Source of the DNA: Camelus dromedarius
Lineage: Eukaryota
Assembly: GCF_036321535.1 (NCBI RefSeq)
Contig: NC_087443.1
Span: 33,852,001-33,916,000, forward strand
DNA length: 64,000 nucleotides
Reading direction: 5' to 3'
Shown here: piece by piece, positions 1 to 11,215 of the stretch
Layout: each line of letters starts with the position of its first letter
How positions within the stretch are numbered: position 1 is the stretch's first letter
Position numbers and translations under genes: made by a program
The notes under the pieces: generated by a model
Databases searched by the model: none
The model's input: only the letters and a program-made list of their open reading frames with translations
Told to the model about the DNA's origin: nothing

Positions 1-27
1 ATTAGGCCGTGGCTCTGCTCAATACTC

Positions 28-553
28 TTTGGTGGCTCCCCACTGCACTCAAGACAAAAGCCAAAACATTAACATGGTGCACATAGCCATGTCCAAGCTC
101 CTGCCGATCTTCCGAACCTTGTCTTGTGCCACTCTCCCCCAGCTTCCACTCTGGACACAAGGCTCCTCCTCCTGTTCCTCATTCTTGCTGCACTCCTTTC
201 CACCTCAGGGTCCTTGCATATGCTGGTCCCTTTGCCTGGAATGAACGCTCTCCCTCCTCTCTTTGCCTGCTCAATTTCTGCTCCTCAAGGACCACTTTCT
301 CAGAGGAGCCTTCCTGGACCTCCCTTACCCCGAAGACTTTTTCTAGTTTGCCATGAAAGTCTGTATTCCCTTTGGTAGGACTGGCCATCATGCAATTGTA
401 TGTTTGCAAGTGGGATTAGTAGAGGTGCGTCCCTCACTAGACTGCAAGTTCTTAGACTTGTTGTGTTCACCCTTGGGCCCCTAGCATCTAGCAAAGTCCT
501 GGCATAGAGCAGGTGCTTAATAATATGAGCTGAATGCATGCATGAATGAATAA
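28..553 (+). mobile_element. L2 LINE 3' fragment
   Basis: ccacctcagggtccttgcatatgctggtccctttgcctggaatg ... ctggcatagagcaggtgcttaataat ... atgaatgaat tail. Confidence 0.75.
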
Positions 554-1984
554 GTGAAAGGATGCTTTTGTGATTTTGTGCAAAGCAATTCTGTTCTCTG
601 GGTCTGATAGCTTAGATGATGATTTGTAGAGTATTTACTCCATGCGTGGTGCTGTGGGGGGCACAGAGCTGGCTGTCCAGAGGGGAGACATACATTTAAA
701 CAAGCCATGACACAGTGGGATAAGGTGCTGCTTGGAGGACGGGCAAGCTGTAAGGAAGCTTTTGGCAGAGGCATTTGGTGGGAAAAGGGGCTGGGAGTTG
801 GGGAGGATTCCCTGAATTGGGTTTACAACTAAGGCCCAGTATGAAGGGTAAGATAGAGTTAACAGGCAAAGATGGAGAAAGCATTCCTGGCAGGGGGCAG
901 AGCAAGGGGGAGAGAGCCCTAGAAAGGCTATTTATTGCAGGGAGGCTGCAAGGTGGGCCGGTGGGGCAGTGGGGAGGTGGGGAGAGACAGGGTCAGATGG
1001 GGCCAAGTTGGACTTTGTCGTGAAGGCGCTGGCACCACTGCAGGGTTTCGGGCAGATGGGCAACAGAGGAGTGTTTTTCTGGGTAAAAGGAGAGGACAGA
1101 GTAGGGCAGAGTCTGGGGCCTCTCCAGCTCTGGCGCCTGGGTGGGTATGAGGCTAGATTAGGAAGGTTCCTGACTCCATGGCCACATCAGCCTCAAGGGA
1201 CTGGTTTCCTCCCTGACGTCAACTTAAAGGTCACACAGATCCCAGGTTTCCTCTCCGGAGACATTAACGGTTCTGCATTTTGCCCTTCTACTCAGATCCT
1301 TTTGGGATCCTGTGACATTCCCAGCCTGGACCACCTCGAGGGGGTCATCAGTCCCCTGAGCTCCCGAAACACCGTGAGAAGCAGGACTTCCTTTAATTTG
1401 TCCTAAACTTATCTTGCTCAAGTTTCAAAGTGGGGCCCCTCATCCTAGCCTGTCAGGAGTCAGTGGAGAAGAAAATGCCCTGTGAGCTGTGTGGTAGGAA
1501 GGGGAACTCAGGACATCTTTACTCTGGGGGCCCTCTGCATCACATCAGCCATACAGACAGGCCCATCTCTCCCTCCCCCCAAACCCAGGCCCCTCTCTCT
1601 GCCTATTAATCCAGGCATGATCTGATGAACTGGAGGTGAAACTAGGCCATTCAACCAACTTCTCACTCTAGCAAACGATGCCACAGCTGGGGAGTGTGTG
1701 CATTACAGGACCCTAAGTAGCTGGCGCCGTCAGCTGCACTGACTGTCCCTCCAGACTCTTCTTCCAGTCCTGCCCCCATGCCTTCGGGGATCCAGCTCCT
1801 TGGGCTGCAGCCATGCTCCAGCCACACGCCCCTAACAGCCTAGCTAGGCAATGGCTCCCATCAAAAAGCTCTGAGTCCTGCCTGGCTTCTCTCTCTCTCC
1901 CCAACACAGGTGGACCAACAGCAGGGCCTGCCAGTGTCACCTCCAAAACATAGCCCAAGTCTCCCCACTTTTCTCATCTCCTCT

Positions 1985-2724
1985 ATCACCACTGCTTCTC
2001 ACCTGGACACCCACAGGTTCTTCTCTCACTCCCTCTGCACTGTGCCTTTGTAATCCATTCTCATCAAGAGGAAGATAAATTGTCCTCTGAGTATTTGGTT
2101 CCCCCTTTTAAAAGCCTCCAGTGGCTTCCTGGTTCACTAACAATGAAATTCACAAATCCCATAGGCCAGAGTTGTGCAAGGTGCTGCAGGGCTGAGCCCA
2201 TGACTGCTCTCCCTTCTACTCACTCCACCAGGTCACTCTGACCTTCTTTCTCTTCAGACACACCAAGCCCATTTCTACCTCAGGACCTTTGCACATGCTG
2301 TTCCTGCTGATGGGAATGCTCACACCCCATCCTCTGATTTAATTAATCAGTCATTTGATTGAGTAATTTAATAGACACTTTGATAGTGCTTTGTTCTATG
2401 CCAGGCTTAGTCTAAGCACTTTTCAAGTTCTGAATCACTTGTCAACGCTTCACAAGGCTGGGTCCCTCTTGGCAGTTCAAATGTCCCCTTTTCATGGAGG
2501 ACATCAAACACAGTTACCACTGCCCCCTCCCTAATCCTACAGAAAACACGCCTTTGATTTATTTTTGTTAAAACAATCAGTGGCTATTTTCTTATTTTTT
2601 TCCTACTTATTAACTCTCTCTTCCAGATTGGAAGCCCCAGGAGGGTGAGGCCTGTCAATCAGTTTGACCCCTCATATTTCTAGAGCCTAGCATAGTGCCT
2701 GCCCCTGAAAATGAATGAATGAAG
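1985..2724 (+). mobile_element. L2 LINE 3' fragment
   Basis: ctacctcaggacctttgcacatgctgttcc, ctagagcctagcatagtgcctg, (atga)n tail. Confidence 0.7.
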
Positions 2725-3324
2725 GGGTCACCTGCCCTGATAGGCTTCTAAGACCACTAAACTGCTTAAACTCCATGGCTGGCATGTACCGATTGCATGA
2801 TATAAGTGGTGAAATGTTTCCTGTGGACACTGCTCAGGGCCCCAGCAGGGGATGAGCTTCTGGAAGGTGGGGTTAAGGTCTTGCTCATCTTTGTGTAAAT
2901 ATGAAAATAACAACTGGTATGTTCTCAGCAAATTAGCAATTCACTTTAGAGCTTTCAAAAAAGCTTCACACACATGAACTCACTGGCCTCTCCCAGTTAC
3001 TCAGTGAGACTGTCATAGCTCCATTTTACAGATGTGGCAGCTGAGGCCCAGAGTCAGGGCCACACTATGTGCACAAGAGCCAGGATTCAGTGCAGATCTG
3101 AAGCCTTACAAATGTTATATCCAACTGGGTGTCCAGCACTCTGTATACAGCAGGGGCTCAGTGGAGATATCTGCAGCCAATAGGCAGCAGTTCAAAAATT
3201 CCTTTGAAAGAGTTGATCCCACGGCAGTGGTGTTTCAGAGGCTCCGGGAGGAGAGGCAATGTGGGCAGTCAAAAGAGTACTGCATGAGGGTTCGGGAGAG
3301 CTGAGTAAGTGCAGCTCAGGACCA

Positions 3325-3480
3325 TTTACTAGGCACCTCCCCTGTGCCAGGCTTTACATACGTCTCCTTAGTGCCCACGACAATGCAATGAGGTAGATGC
3401 TATCATTATCCCCATTTTACAGATGAGGAAGCTGAGGTTCAGAGAAGTTAAGTCACTTGCCCATTGTAACACAGTCAAAT
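3325..3480 (-). mobile_element. MIR SINE
   Basis: Core attatccccattttacagatgaggaagctgaggttcagagaagttaagtcacttgccca. Confidence 0.85.
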
Positions 3481-6400
3481 CCTGGAACTCATCAGCAGAG
3501 AATCCCACCACTCATTAGCCCAGACACTTTCAGACGTGGCTGAAGCAGCCTCTTGCGTTATCTGGGTCTTAAACTCTGCCTATAAAGCCCAGGTTCAAAC
3601 TAGATCCTGTCTAGACCTGTCTGGCTCTGACACAAGTTAGACAGAAGAGACGAGAGCAGGATGTGTGGCCCCCTGCAATATGAGGAAGGGGCTGCCTGGA
3701 TGCCCTGGAGCAAGGGCAGAGCCCCCGTCCGCCCAGGGCTTGGTGGATGGAGTGCCCAGAAGTAACCGATCCACAGGGCCCTGGTCTCCTGTGCTGATTG
3801 GATGACAAAGACCAGGTCACACGGGAACAGAGAAGGGCTGGGGGATCTTGGAGCTTCCCAAGGCCAAGACAGTGACTCATCATATCCAAGGGGGGAAGGG
3901 AGTTACCGTGGGCAAATGCTCTGAGTAACATCCAGCCTGGCTACACAGCTGCTAAAATGAACATCAGAAATGGGCTCCCAGCCTGAGCTCCCTTTGGATA
4001 ATAAAATCCTTTTCCTTCTCTGTATGTCTCTTTCTTTCTTTAAGCAGAATCTTTGAGTCTATTGGTTCTACAGAAACACAATCCTACTGCCTTAGGTGTC
4101 CACCCCTCAGGGGGATGGGCACGGAGGATGGAGAAGAAGTGAGAGTTGAGGCTGATTTCTAACTCTCAAGGGAGCTACCGCCCTCCCCAGAAGCAAGAGG
4201 GTGATTGAGACCATGCCCCAGGGGAAGAGTAGAGATGATAGGATCTGACTTCATCCCTGGAAATAGTTGTGTGGTGGGTGGTGGCTTCAGGGGCCAATCA
4301 GTTTTAGGGACATGGCAGCATCTTTTGTTCTGGCAGGAAGGACAGGCTGTCTAACAGACAGATGAATCCAGAACCAGATGCCCAGCTTGGCAGGAGCTCT
4401 TGGCCTCAGGACATATCACGGTGTTGGCTGATGCCGGCCACTGGGCTATTTTACATTCCTCTGCCTTGCCTCAGTTTCCATAAAAGTTCTGCCTCCCTGT
4501 GACTCCAGTAGTGGCTCTAGGGACCGATTTGGAAGACAAGACACGGTGGGTAGGGCCTGGCCACTCCCCAGCTGCCTGCTGCAGGTTGAGGCAAGCTCCT
4601 TTTATCCTCTTAAGGGCCTCATTATCCCCAGCTACAAAATGAACAGGTTGGATGACACCAGTGGATTTTGCATTCTGCTCCTAGAGCATCGAGGTGCCTG
4701 GGGGAACCAGTGGGACAGACCCTGGGCACTCGAGTCCCCTACTCCCTCCCCAACCCCACCTGTGGGGCTCTGCTTTTACATGATGTATATGTTGGATGGC
4801 AGGGAAGATTCCTTTCAAAGAAAGAGTTTGCTGCTGCCTCCCTGCCCAAGGTGGCCTCTGAAGTCCCCTTGGTGTTGCAGGCTGGATTTGGCATCTGTAA
4901 GGAGGAGACATGCCCCCTTCCATCCCTGCAGGACCCAGAGGGCAGGAACCCCCTCCTCCACAACCAGTCAGGATCCAGAATTAGGTGGATCTCGCCCCAC
5001 AGTTTACAGGCTCCTCGCTCTCCTCTCCTAACGCACAGCTTGCTGCTCCTGCTCCTTCCTCAGCTAAGTTGGGGGAGCACTTGGCAGATGCCGGTGTTAT
5101 TTAATTGTGAGAATCGGGAGCCAGATTCTTCCGGGTTGAAGAGGCTTTCCAGAGCCAAAGGCACATGACTTCAAAATAACAACATAATAGAGATTTTTAA
5201 AAAAACCTCCATGGACTTCCAGTGTTGTTTCTCAGAGTCAGTGTCCCTTCAGTCCAACGAGTCCTCTGTCCCCTTCCCAGCCCCACTTCCTGAGGTAAAA
5301 ATGGAACATCACGCTCTGGTCAATACCTCTGAGTGCCAATCAGCGAAGAACGAAGCAGCAGGCGTGATGCTATCAAGAACTGGGAACTATAACCACACAG
5401 AGACCCACCAATCAGAACCAAAGCCAGCATGATGAACCAGTGATGATGAAGGGGACATTCCGGCTGCCAAAGCCCTCGGGCCCTAGGCGTTCGGGAGCCT
5501 GGAGGTGCAGCGAGGAGAGTTCTCTTGGCCAACATACTGGGAGCACGTGGCCCTGTGCCCTGTCCATGCTGCCCCAGGAGGTCTGGGACCTGCCCCGGCC
5601 TCCCTCACCATGTGCCAGGCCACCCTGTGACAGCTTGCATAGCCGTGTGGGGAGCTGGCGTCCACTCAGCCGCCTGCCGCCTGCTGGTGGCTCCACACCA
5701 GGTTCTCATGCACTTCCTCTCCCTTGGGCTGACAGAAGCGGCAGGCCACGCTGCTGGAACCTCTGCCCACATTCGACCTTCATTCCGGCCCCCATGAGCC
5801 TCCCCGAGGTCTCTACCGGGTGGAGATGTCTGTCTGCCAAAGGATGTGGCACCACGAGTGCTGCACCAGCCATCCCGGCTCCTCCTGCTGCACTGCCGCC
5901 CACTGGAGACATTCCCACGACGCCCTGCCTGGCATACCTGCCTCCCGCACACAGATGGCAAAGGGGGAAGCGGTGGGCTGACGATGAGTTGTGAAGTGAG
6001 CTGGAAAGAATGGGCAGGCAGGCCCGGAGCCGCCCTGCTGCCACTCGGCTACTAGAGGGTCTGACCCTTTTTCAATCCTCTCTTCCCTCCCTCCTCCACC
6101 TGCCTCACCCCACAACCTCTGTCACACCCCCTCAGGCAGAGCTGGGGGCCTCTCCTGCTTCTCACCAGGGAGCCCAGGGCAGCTGGGCTCCTGGGTCTCT
6201 TCTGATTCCCTGGGCTACTGCCAGAGGTACAGATCCAGCTGTGCAGGCCACTGTCAATAGCATGGTTCTCGACTGCTGTCCATGCCTGGCTTGTGGCCCA
6301 CCTCACAGGGGTGACCCCAGGGTGGCAGCTGGACTGCCCCATGCAGGGCACCCACATGCCACTACCCGCGGGCCCGCTCCCACCCGAGTCCCTGGTCTCT

Positions 6401-6534
6401 GCAGCAGCCACTGCTTTACCTATGCATCCCTTCACCTGGACTGTGAGCGCCTCTGAGCCTCCTGAGGACAGGGCATGGCCCAGAGACAGTGTCTGCAGAG
6501 TAAGTGAGTGAGTAAAAGTGAGACAGGGAGAATG

Positions 6535-6792
6535 AGCCTGCATTCTGACGCTGCTCTGGGTCAGACTTGGGTTAAAATAATTCTGGCTCCAGCACACACT
6601 AGCTCTGTGACCTTGGCCACATTGCATAACCTCTTTGGGCCTCAGTCTCCTCTTACGTAAACTGGAGATAATAATGGCACTGCCACATAAAGTAATTACA
6701 GAGATTAAATGAGATAAGGTGATAAAGTGCTTGTAACAGTGCCTGGCACAGAGTAAGCCCCCAACACATGTTGTTGTTGTTATCATTATTAA
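6535..6792 (+). mobile_element. MIR SINE, near full length
   Basis: ctgtgaccttggcc...cctcagtctcctc...gagattaaatgagataa...cagtgcctggcacagagtaag. Confidence 0.85.
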
Positions 6793-7789
6793 TTAATGTC
6801 CTCCAGCCTTATCTGACATCACCTCCCAGGACAAGCATTACGGCCACTGCCAAGTCCTCAGTTTGCCTGCTACGCTCCAGGGAGCACTCCGGGGGCTGTG
6901 GGATGTACACTGTAGGATGTACAGCAGAACAATGTATCTCCTGATGTTTTGGGGTTGGGCTGCTTTCCAATCCCAACCCTACTACATCCTTGAGCGAGTG
7001 CTCTGAGCTTCAGAGTCCTCACCTGGGAAGCTCGGTCATGGGAGTCTTAACCTCAGAGATTGGGAGGATGAAGTGAGGTGCACAAGGTGAGAAGTGGGCA
7101 ATCAGACTAGCTGCCAGGGAGCAGCTGAGAGGAGAAGCTGGCTAGGTTGTAACAAGGAGTCGGGGCAGCCAGCAATGCAGTGGGCGGTGGGGTGGCTCCA
7201 GGAAGAACTGAGGGCTGCGTCCATGTGTCCACTGTACCCTCCCTTCTAGTCCTTTACAAGGGCCATGGTCCTTCCCGTTTACTGCCTCTTTCCTGCAAAG
7301 CAGCACCCAACATTCCCTTAGCATCACGGTGATAGAACCTTCTCTTGGGACCCTGCAGGGCAGAGTGGATAGAGGCTAGATGGAGACCCTTCCCTGAGTG
7401 TGAGGCAGGGAGCACCTGTGTTCTCAGCATGTGTGGGGCCAGGGCTGGCCATGGGAGAGGGGATGACTCCTGGGGCACAAAGTCTCCAGCTTGGGTGCCT
7501 CCAGCAGGCTCTCCAGCAAATGCACCCTCACCTCTCTGCCCTGACCAGAGGCCTCAGCTGCCAGCCAGGTGCCGGCTACACTTAAGGCCTTTCTCCTCTA
7601 AGGCCGAAGAATCAGAGCTTCCCTCTCCCCTCTCCCTGGGACAAGCCCTGCTGGAACCCTCAGCACTGCCACGGGAACATTCTGCGTCCCCGCCCGCCCC
7701 ACCCCTGGCTTGTCCAAAATAGAGCTCTGCATCTTTCCTCTCCACCCTCTTCTGCTCTACCTTGTCCCTGAAGGTGAAGACAGAATCTT

Positions 7790-7955
7790 GGGCTCTGTCT
7801 CCTAGCTATAGACCTCGGGCCGTCCCCCAGCATCTCTGAGCCTGTTTCCTCATCTTGGAGCTGGGGATAACCACAGCCCTACAGCACAGAATGCCTGATG
7901 GAATATAAGCAGTACTGGATTAAGCATGAAGCATGATGCCATCTGTTAATATAAA
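7790..7955 (+). mobile_element. MIR SINE (diverged)
   Basis: ctctgagcctgtttcctcatcttggagctggggataac. Confidence 0.6.
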
Positions 7956-8950
7956 TACATGCCATAGGCTCATTGGTTACCTGGTCACCACTACCTTGAC
8001 CCTCCTTTGCCCACAAGCAGCCAATGCTTGCCAATTTTACCTCTGTGATTTAACCACCCCTCGGCCTCTTCACCTGCTGCTCCATGTCTTCTATTAGCAG
8101 GGTGGTGGCAGCCGCCTCCTGGCTCCTCTCCTTGGCACTAACTGTCCTCTCCACTGCAGCTACGCCCAGCTGGCTCATGTCACACCCCTGCTGAGAACCT
8201 GCCCTGCATCTCCAGCGTGGTGTCCAGTTCCCTCCAGAGTCTGCCTCCCAAACCCCAGCCTTTCTTCCCATCCTTATCTCTTACCCCATCCCTCCAGGTG
8301 AGCTTGCTACAGCTATTCTAGATTATTCCTCCTTTTCCAGAGTGGAAAACACTCTCTACACTTTTATTACTCTGTTTCCTTCACTCACAATGTTCTCATA
8401 TATGTTTTCCTTGACTGACATCTTACTTGTTTTGCAAGGCCTGCTTCAGATGCCACCTCTTCCATGAAGCCTTTCTTGATGCCTCCCTTCAAAAATAATC
8501 ACTCCTTCTCTCGCATTTTCCAAACATGATGCTGATGCATCCGTTTAGCATTTACTTAACCCTGAACAGAATCAGGCCTTGTTTACCCACAGTGGGCCAA
8601 GTTCGCCTGATGATGTGGCCCATGGACAGCCTGCAGCCCCGAAATGCACACAGTCAGCCTGGAAGTCTGGCCACTGGTCCCTGGTCTGTGTCTGCTGGGT
8701 GGGGGTAAAGGGGTGGGAGATGGAGGTTCACTTAACCCCTCTGACCACAGTGTCTGCCCTCACAGGGCAGGTTCTAAGGAAAGGCTCTGACAGGTGAGTG
8801 TCTTACAAACATGTGAAATCATCACAGGAGTGGGACCAAATGGTCTCTTCTTTCTCCTGGTCTCCTCCTCTGGCCTCTCAGAGGCAGAAAGCTGGACAGA
8901 CAGGAAGAAATGAACACACAGCGGGTGCTGCTCTCTGCCTGCAAGTCCAC

Positions 8951-8980
8951 CCAGCCAGACCCAGCCAGACCCAGCCAGAC
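8951..8980 (+). repeat. Perfect 10-bp tandem repeat (CCAGCCAGAC)x3
   Basis: Three exact copies read directly. Confidence 0.98.
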
Positions 8981-9890
8981 AAATGTCCCTTGTTCTTTGG
9001 AATAACTGCAAAATTCCAGAGACATCCCCACCCCAACCAACACTGCTACAAATGTGGCCCTTTTCTCCCTCAGGAGGGCCAGTCGCCAGACCCTGTATGG
9101 ATAAGGGGCAATGAATACGACCCTTCAGAAAAACCCCACTGCCCAGTGGTGCCTGCTCCAGGCTGTGGCTGGACAGAGTGGTGTGAAGCGGAGTCTTTCT
9201 CCATAAACCAGGGTTCCAGGCCCTTTGACTCAAAGTGTCAGCAGCGATCTCAACACCCCCTCCAAGGAGTCAACCAACACCACGCTTGTAAGTAACCATC
9301 ACTCTACCGTGGTCCACGGCACTTTTCACATTCATGGTGTGCAACCCAGTCTTCCTTCTACTAAGTGACTGGATTGTGCGTTGTGACTAATTTCCCTTCC
9401 TCTAAAATTGTTCACTTGTATAGTACTCCACAAATGACCAACAACTTTTTCCATCACCCTGTGAGATTGTTATTTCAGTGTGAGAGGTGAGCGAATGGAA
9501 ACTCTGCGACGTTAAGTGACCTTTCTGATGCTGAAGAGAGAGGCAGAGAGAGCTGGGACTCTCCCCGAGGGCTCCCACCCACCGCAAATGCTGCCATCAC
9601 CTCTTTGAGGGCAGGCGTGCATCTCACCCATTTTGCATCCTGCAGTACATAGCACGGTGTCCTGTACAGAGGCATCCAGAATTTTTCATAATGTTCGACT
9701 GACTGGCTTAGCCTCTGGCAGGGCGGAGAGGGGTGTGGGAGTGAGAGAACAACTTCTGCAGCTAAGCCACATTTCCCTAATGTGTTCAGTGCCTGATGTG
9801 CATTCTCTTTCAGGATCTCACATGGCTGGAATCAACCGGGCAAGGGCCTTTTCCACTCATCCTCGTATTCCTCCTCCTCCTCCTCATGGC

Positions 9891-10080
9891 AACTAACAGT
9901 CGTTAAGAGCTAAATATGTGTCAGGCTCAATAAGGTACTAAGATACTATCACTATTCCCATTTTACACAAGGTCAAGACAGTAACTCGCCCACAGTCCTG
10001 CAACTAATAAGAGTAGAATGGGATTCTTGGGACTTGAACCCTGGGTTGCTGGAACTCAGAGCCCACATTTGTAACCGCTG
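9891..10080 (-). mobile_element. MIR SINE
   Basis: tattcccattttacac...aactcgcccacagtcctgcaactaataag...gacttgaaccc. Confidence 0.65.
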
Positions 10081-10734
10081 GGTTAGCCTGCTTCTCCTGG
10101 GCAGGTCAGCTGGGAACCACTGCTACTGAAGCCCCGAAATTGTTCCTCCCTACAGACAGCACAGCCCTGCCCAGGGCCATCACCTGGTAATAGGGGAGTC
10201 AGAGACACAAAAGCGGATCCTAAGACAAGACTCTGGATAATAGATACATAGCCTATTTTGTTGAATATTCATCTCTATCGGGCAGGCCCTAGTACCTTCA
10301 GTTTACAGTGGTAGAGATCGATGTTCAGAAAAGATAAGGACCTTGCAGGGCTGTCAGCCCTCAATGCCTGGCCACCCCCAGGACCACCAGCCATGCCTGG
10401 GAGAGTCATGTGCGATGTCTCAGAGGTGGTGGCAGAGAAAGGGGCTGCACAGCATCAGGAAGGAACTGGGTGTTGGAGTCCAGCTGTGCAAGGTTTGGCC
10501 TCCTGGACGTGGGTCCTGCTAGGGCTGGAACTATTGCTGCCAAAGGTGGCGAAGGCCCCACACGTGGGACTCAAGCTCCAAGCAATGTCACCTCTTCGCT
10601 GGTGGAGAATGCCCATTAGGTGTTACAGAGTCAGGCCTCTAGGTTCCTTCAACGTACTCTAATCCAACAACATTCTCAAATTAACCTGATGATTAGAAAT
10701 ATTTTATCTTGATATGTTTTAGATATTCAAAAAG

Positions 10735-10955
10735 GCTTAACATGATGTATTACTCAGTAATAAAAAGGAATGACATACTGGTCCATACTACAACATGGAT
10801 GAACCTTGAAAACATTTCACTAAATCCATAGAAAAGAAACTAGATTAGTGGTTCCCTGGAGCTGGGAGGGTTGGGGAAATGGAGGATGACTGCTAAAAGG
10901 TATGATGTTGTTTTATATGTTTCTAACTTTATATAAATGAATTATATTGTAAATA
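10735..10955 (+). mobile_element. Ancient L1M 3' UTR fragment
   Basis: taataaaaaggaatgacatactggtccatactacaacatggatgaaccttgaaaacatt...agattagtggtt. Confidence 0.8.
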
Positions 10956-10984
10956 TTCTCTTATTATTTGCTTTTTTCCCTCAA

Positions 10985-11215
10985 GAAGATGAGATTCATC
11001 CAGGTACTGCTTGGTCTGGAGGTCAAGTTCATCTGTGCTCACTGTGTATGGTATTTCACAGGCGAAAGTACCGCAATTGAATATCCCACAACGTGTCTCC
11101 ACTCTGTTGCTGACAAATATTTAGGTTTTCTTTTCCTTTTCTTAGCAGTACACATAGTGCTGAGGTGGACATCCTTTCCTGTCTCATGCACGTGTGAGTG
11201 TTTCTCTAGGATGTA
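10985..11215 (-). mobile_element. Ancient L1M fragment (opposite orientation)
   Basis: tgagattcatcca...ccactctgttgctgacaaatatttaggtttt resembles the reverse-strand L1M 3' region. Confidence 0.65.

Noticed and set aside
5429-5520. Box C (ATGATGA) suggesting a C/D snoRNA
   Set aside because: No box D (CTGA) at a suitable distance, no terminal stem, and it is antisense to the host intron.
6052-6786. 244-aa minus-strand ORF (longest in track)
   Set aside because: Its first third is a MIR read in reverse and the rest has no recognisable domain.
8607-8645. Other CTGATGA...GAAA hammerhead cores (8607, 23158)
   Set aside because: No stem II closing pair and no stem I or III complementarity.
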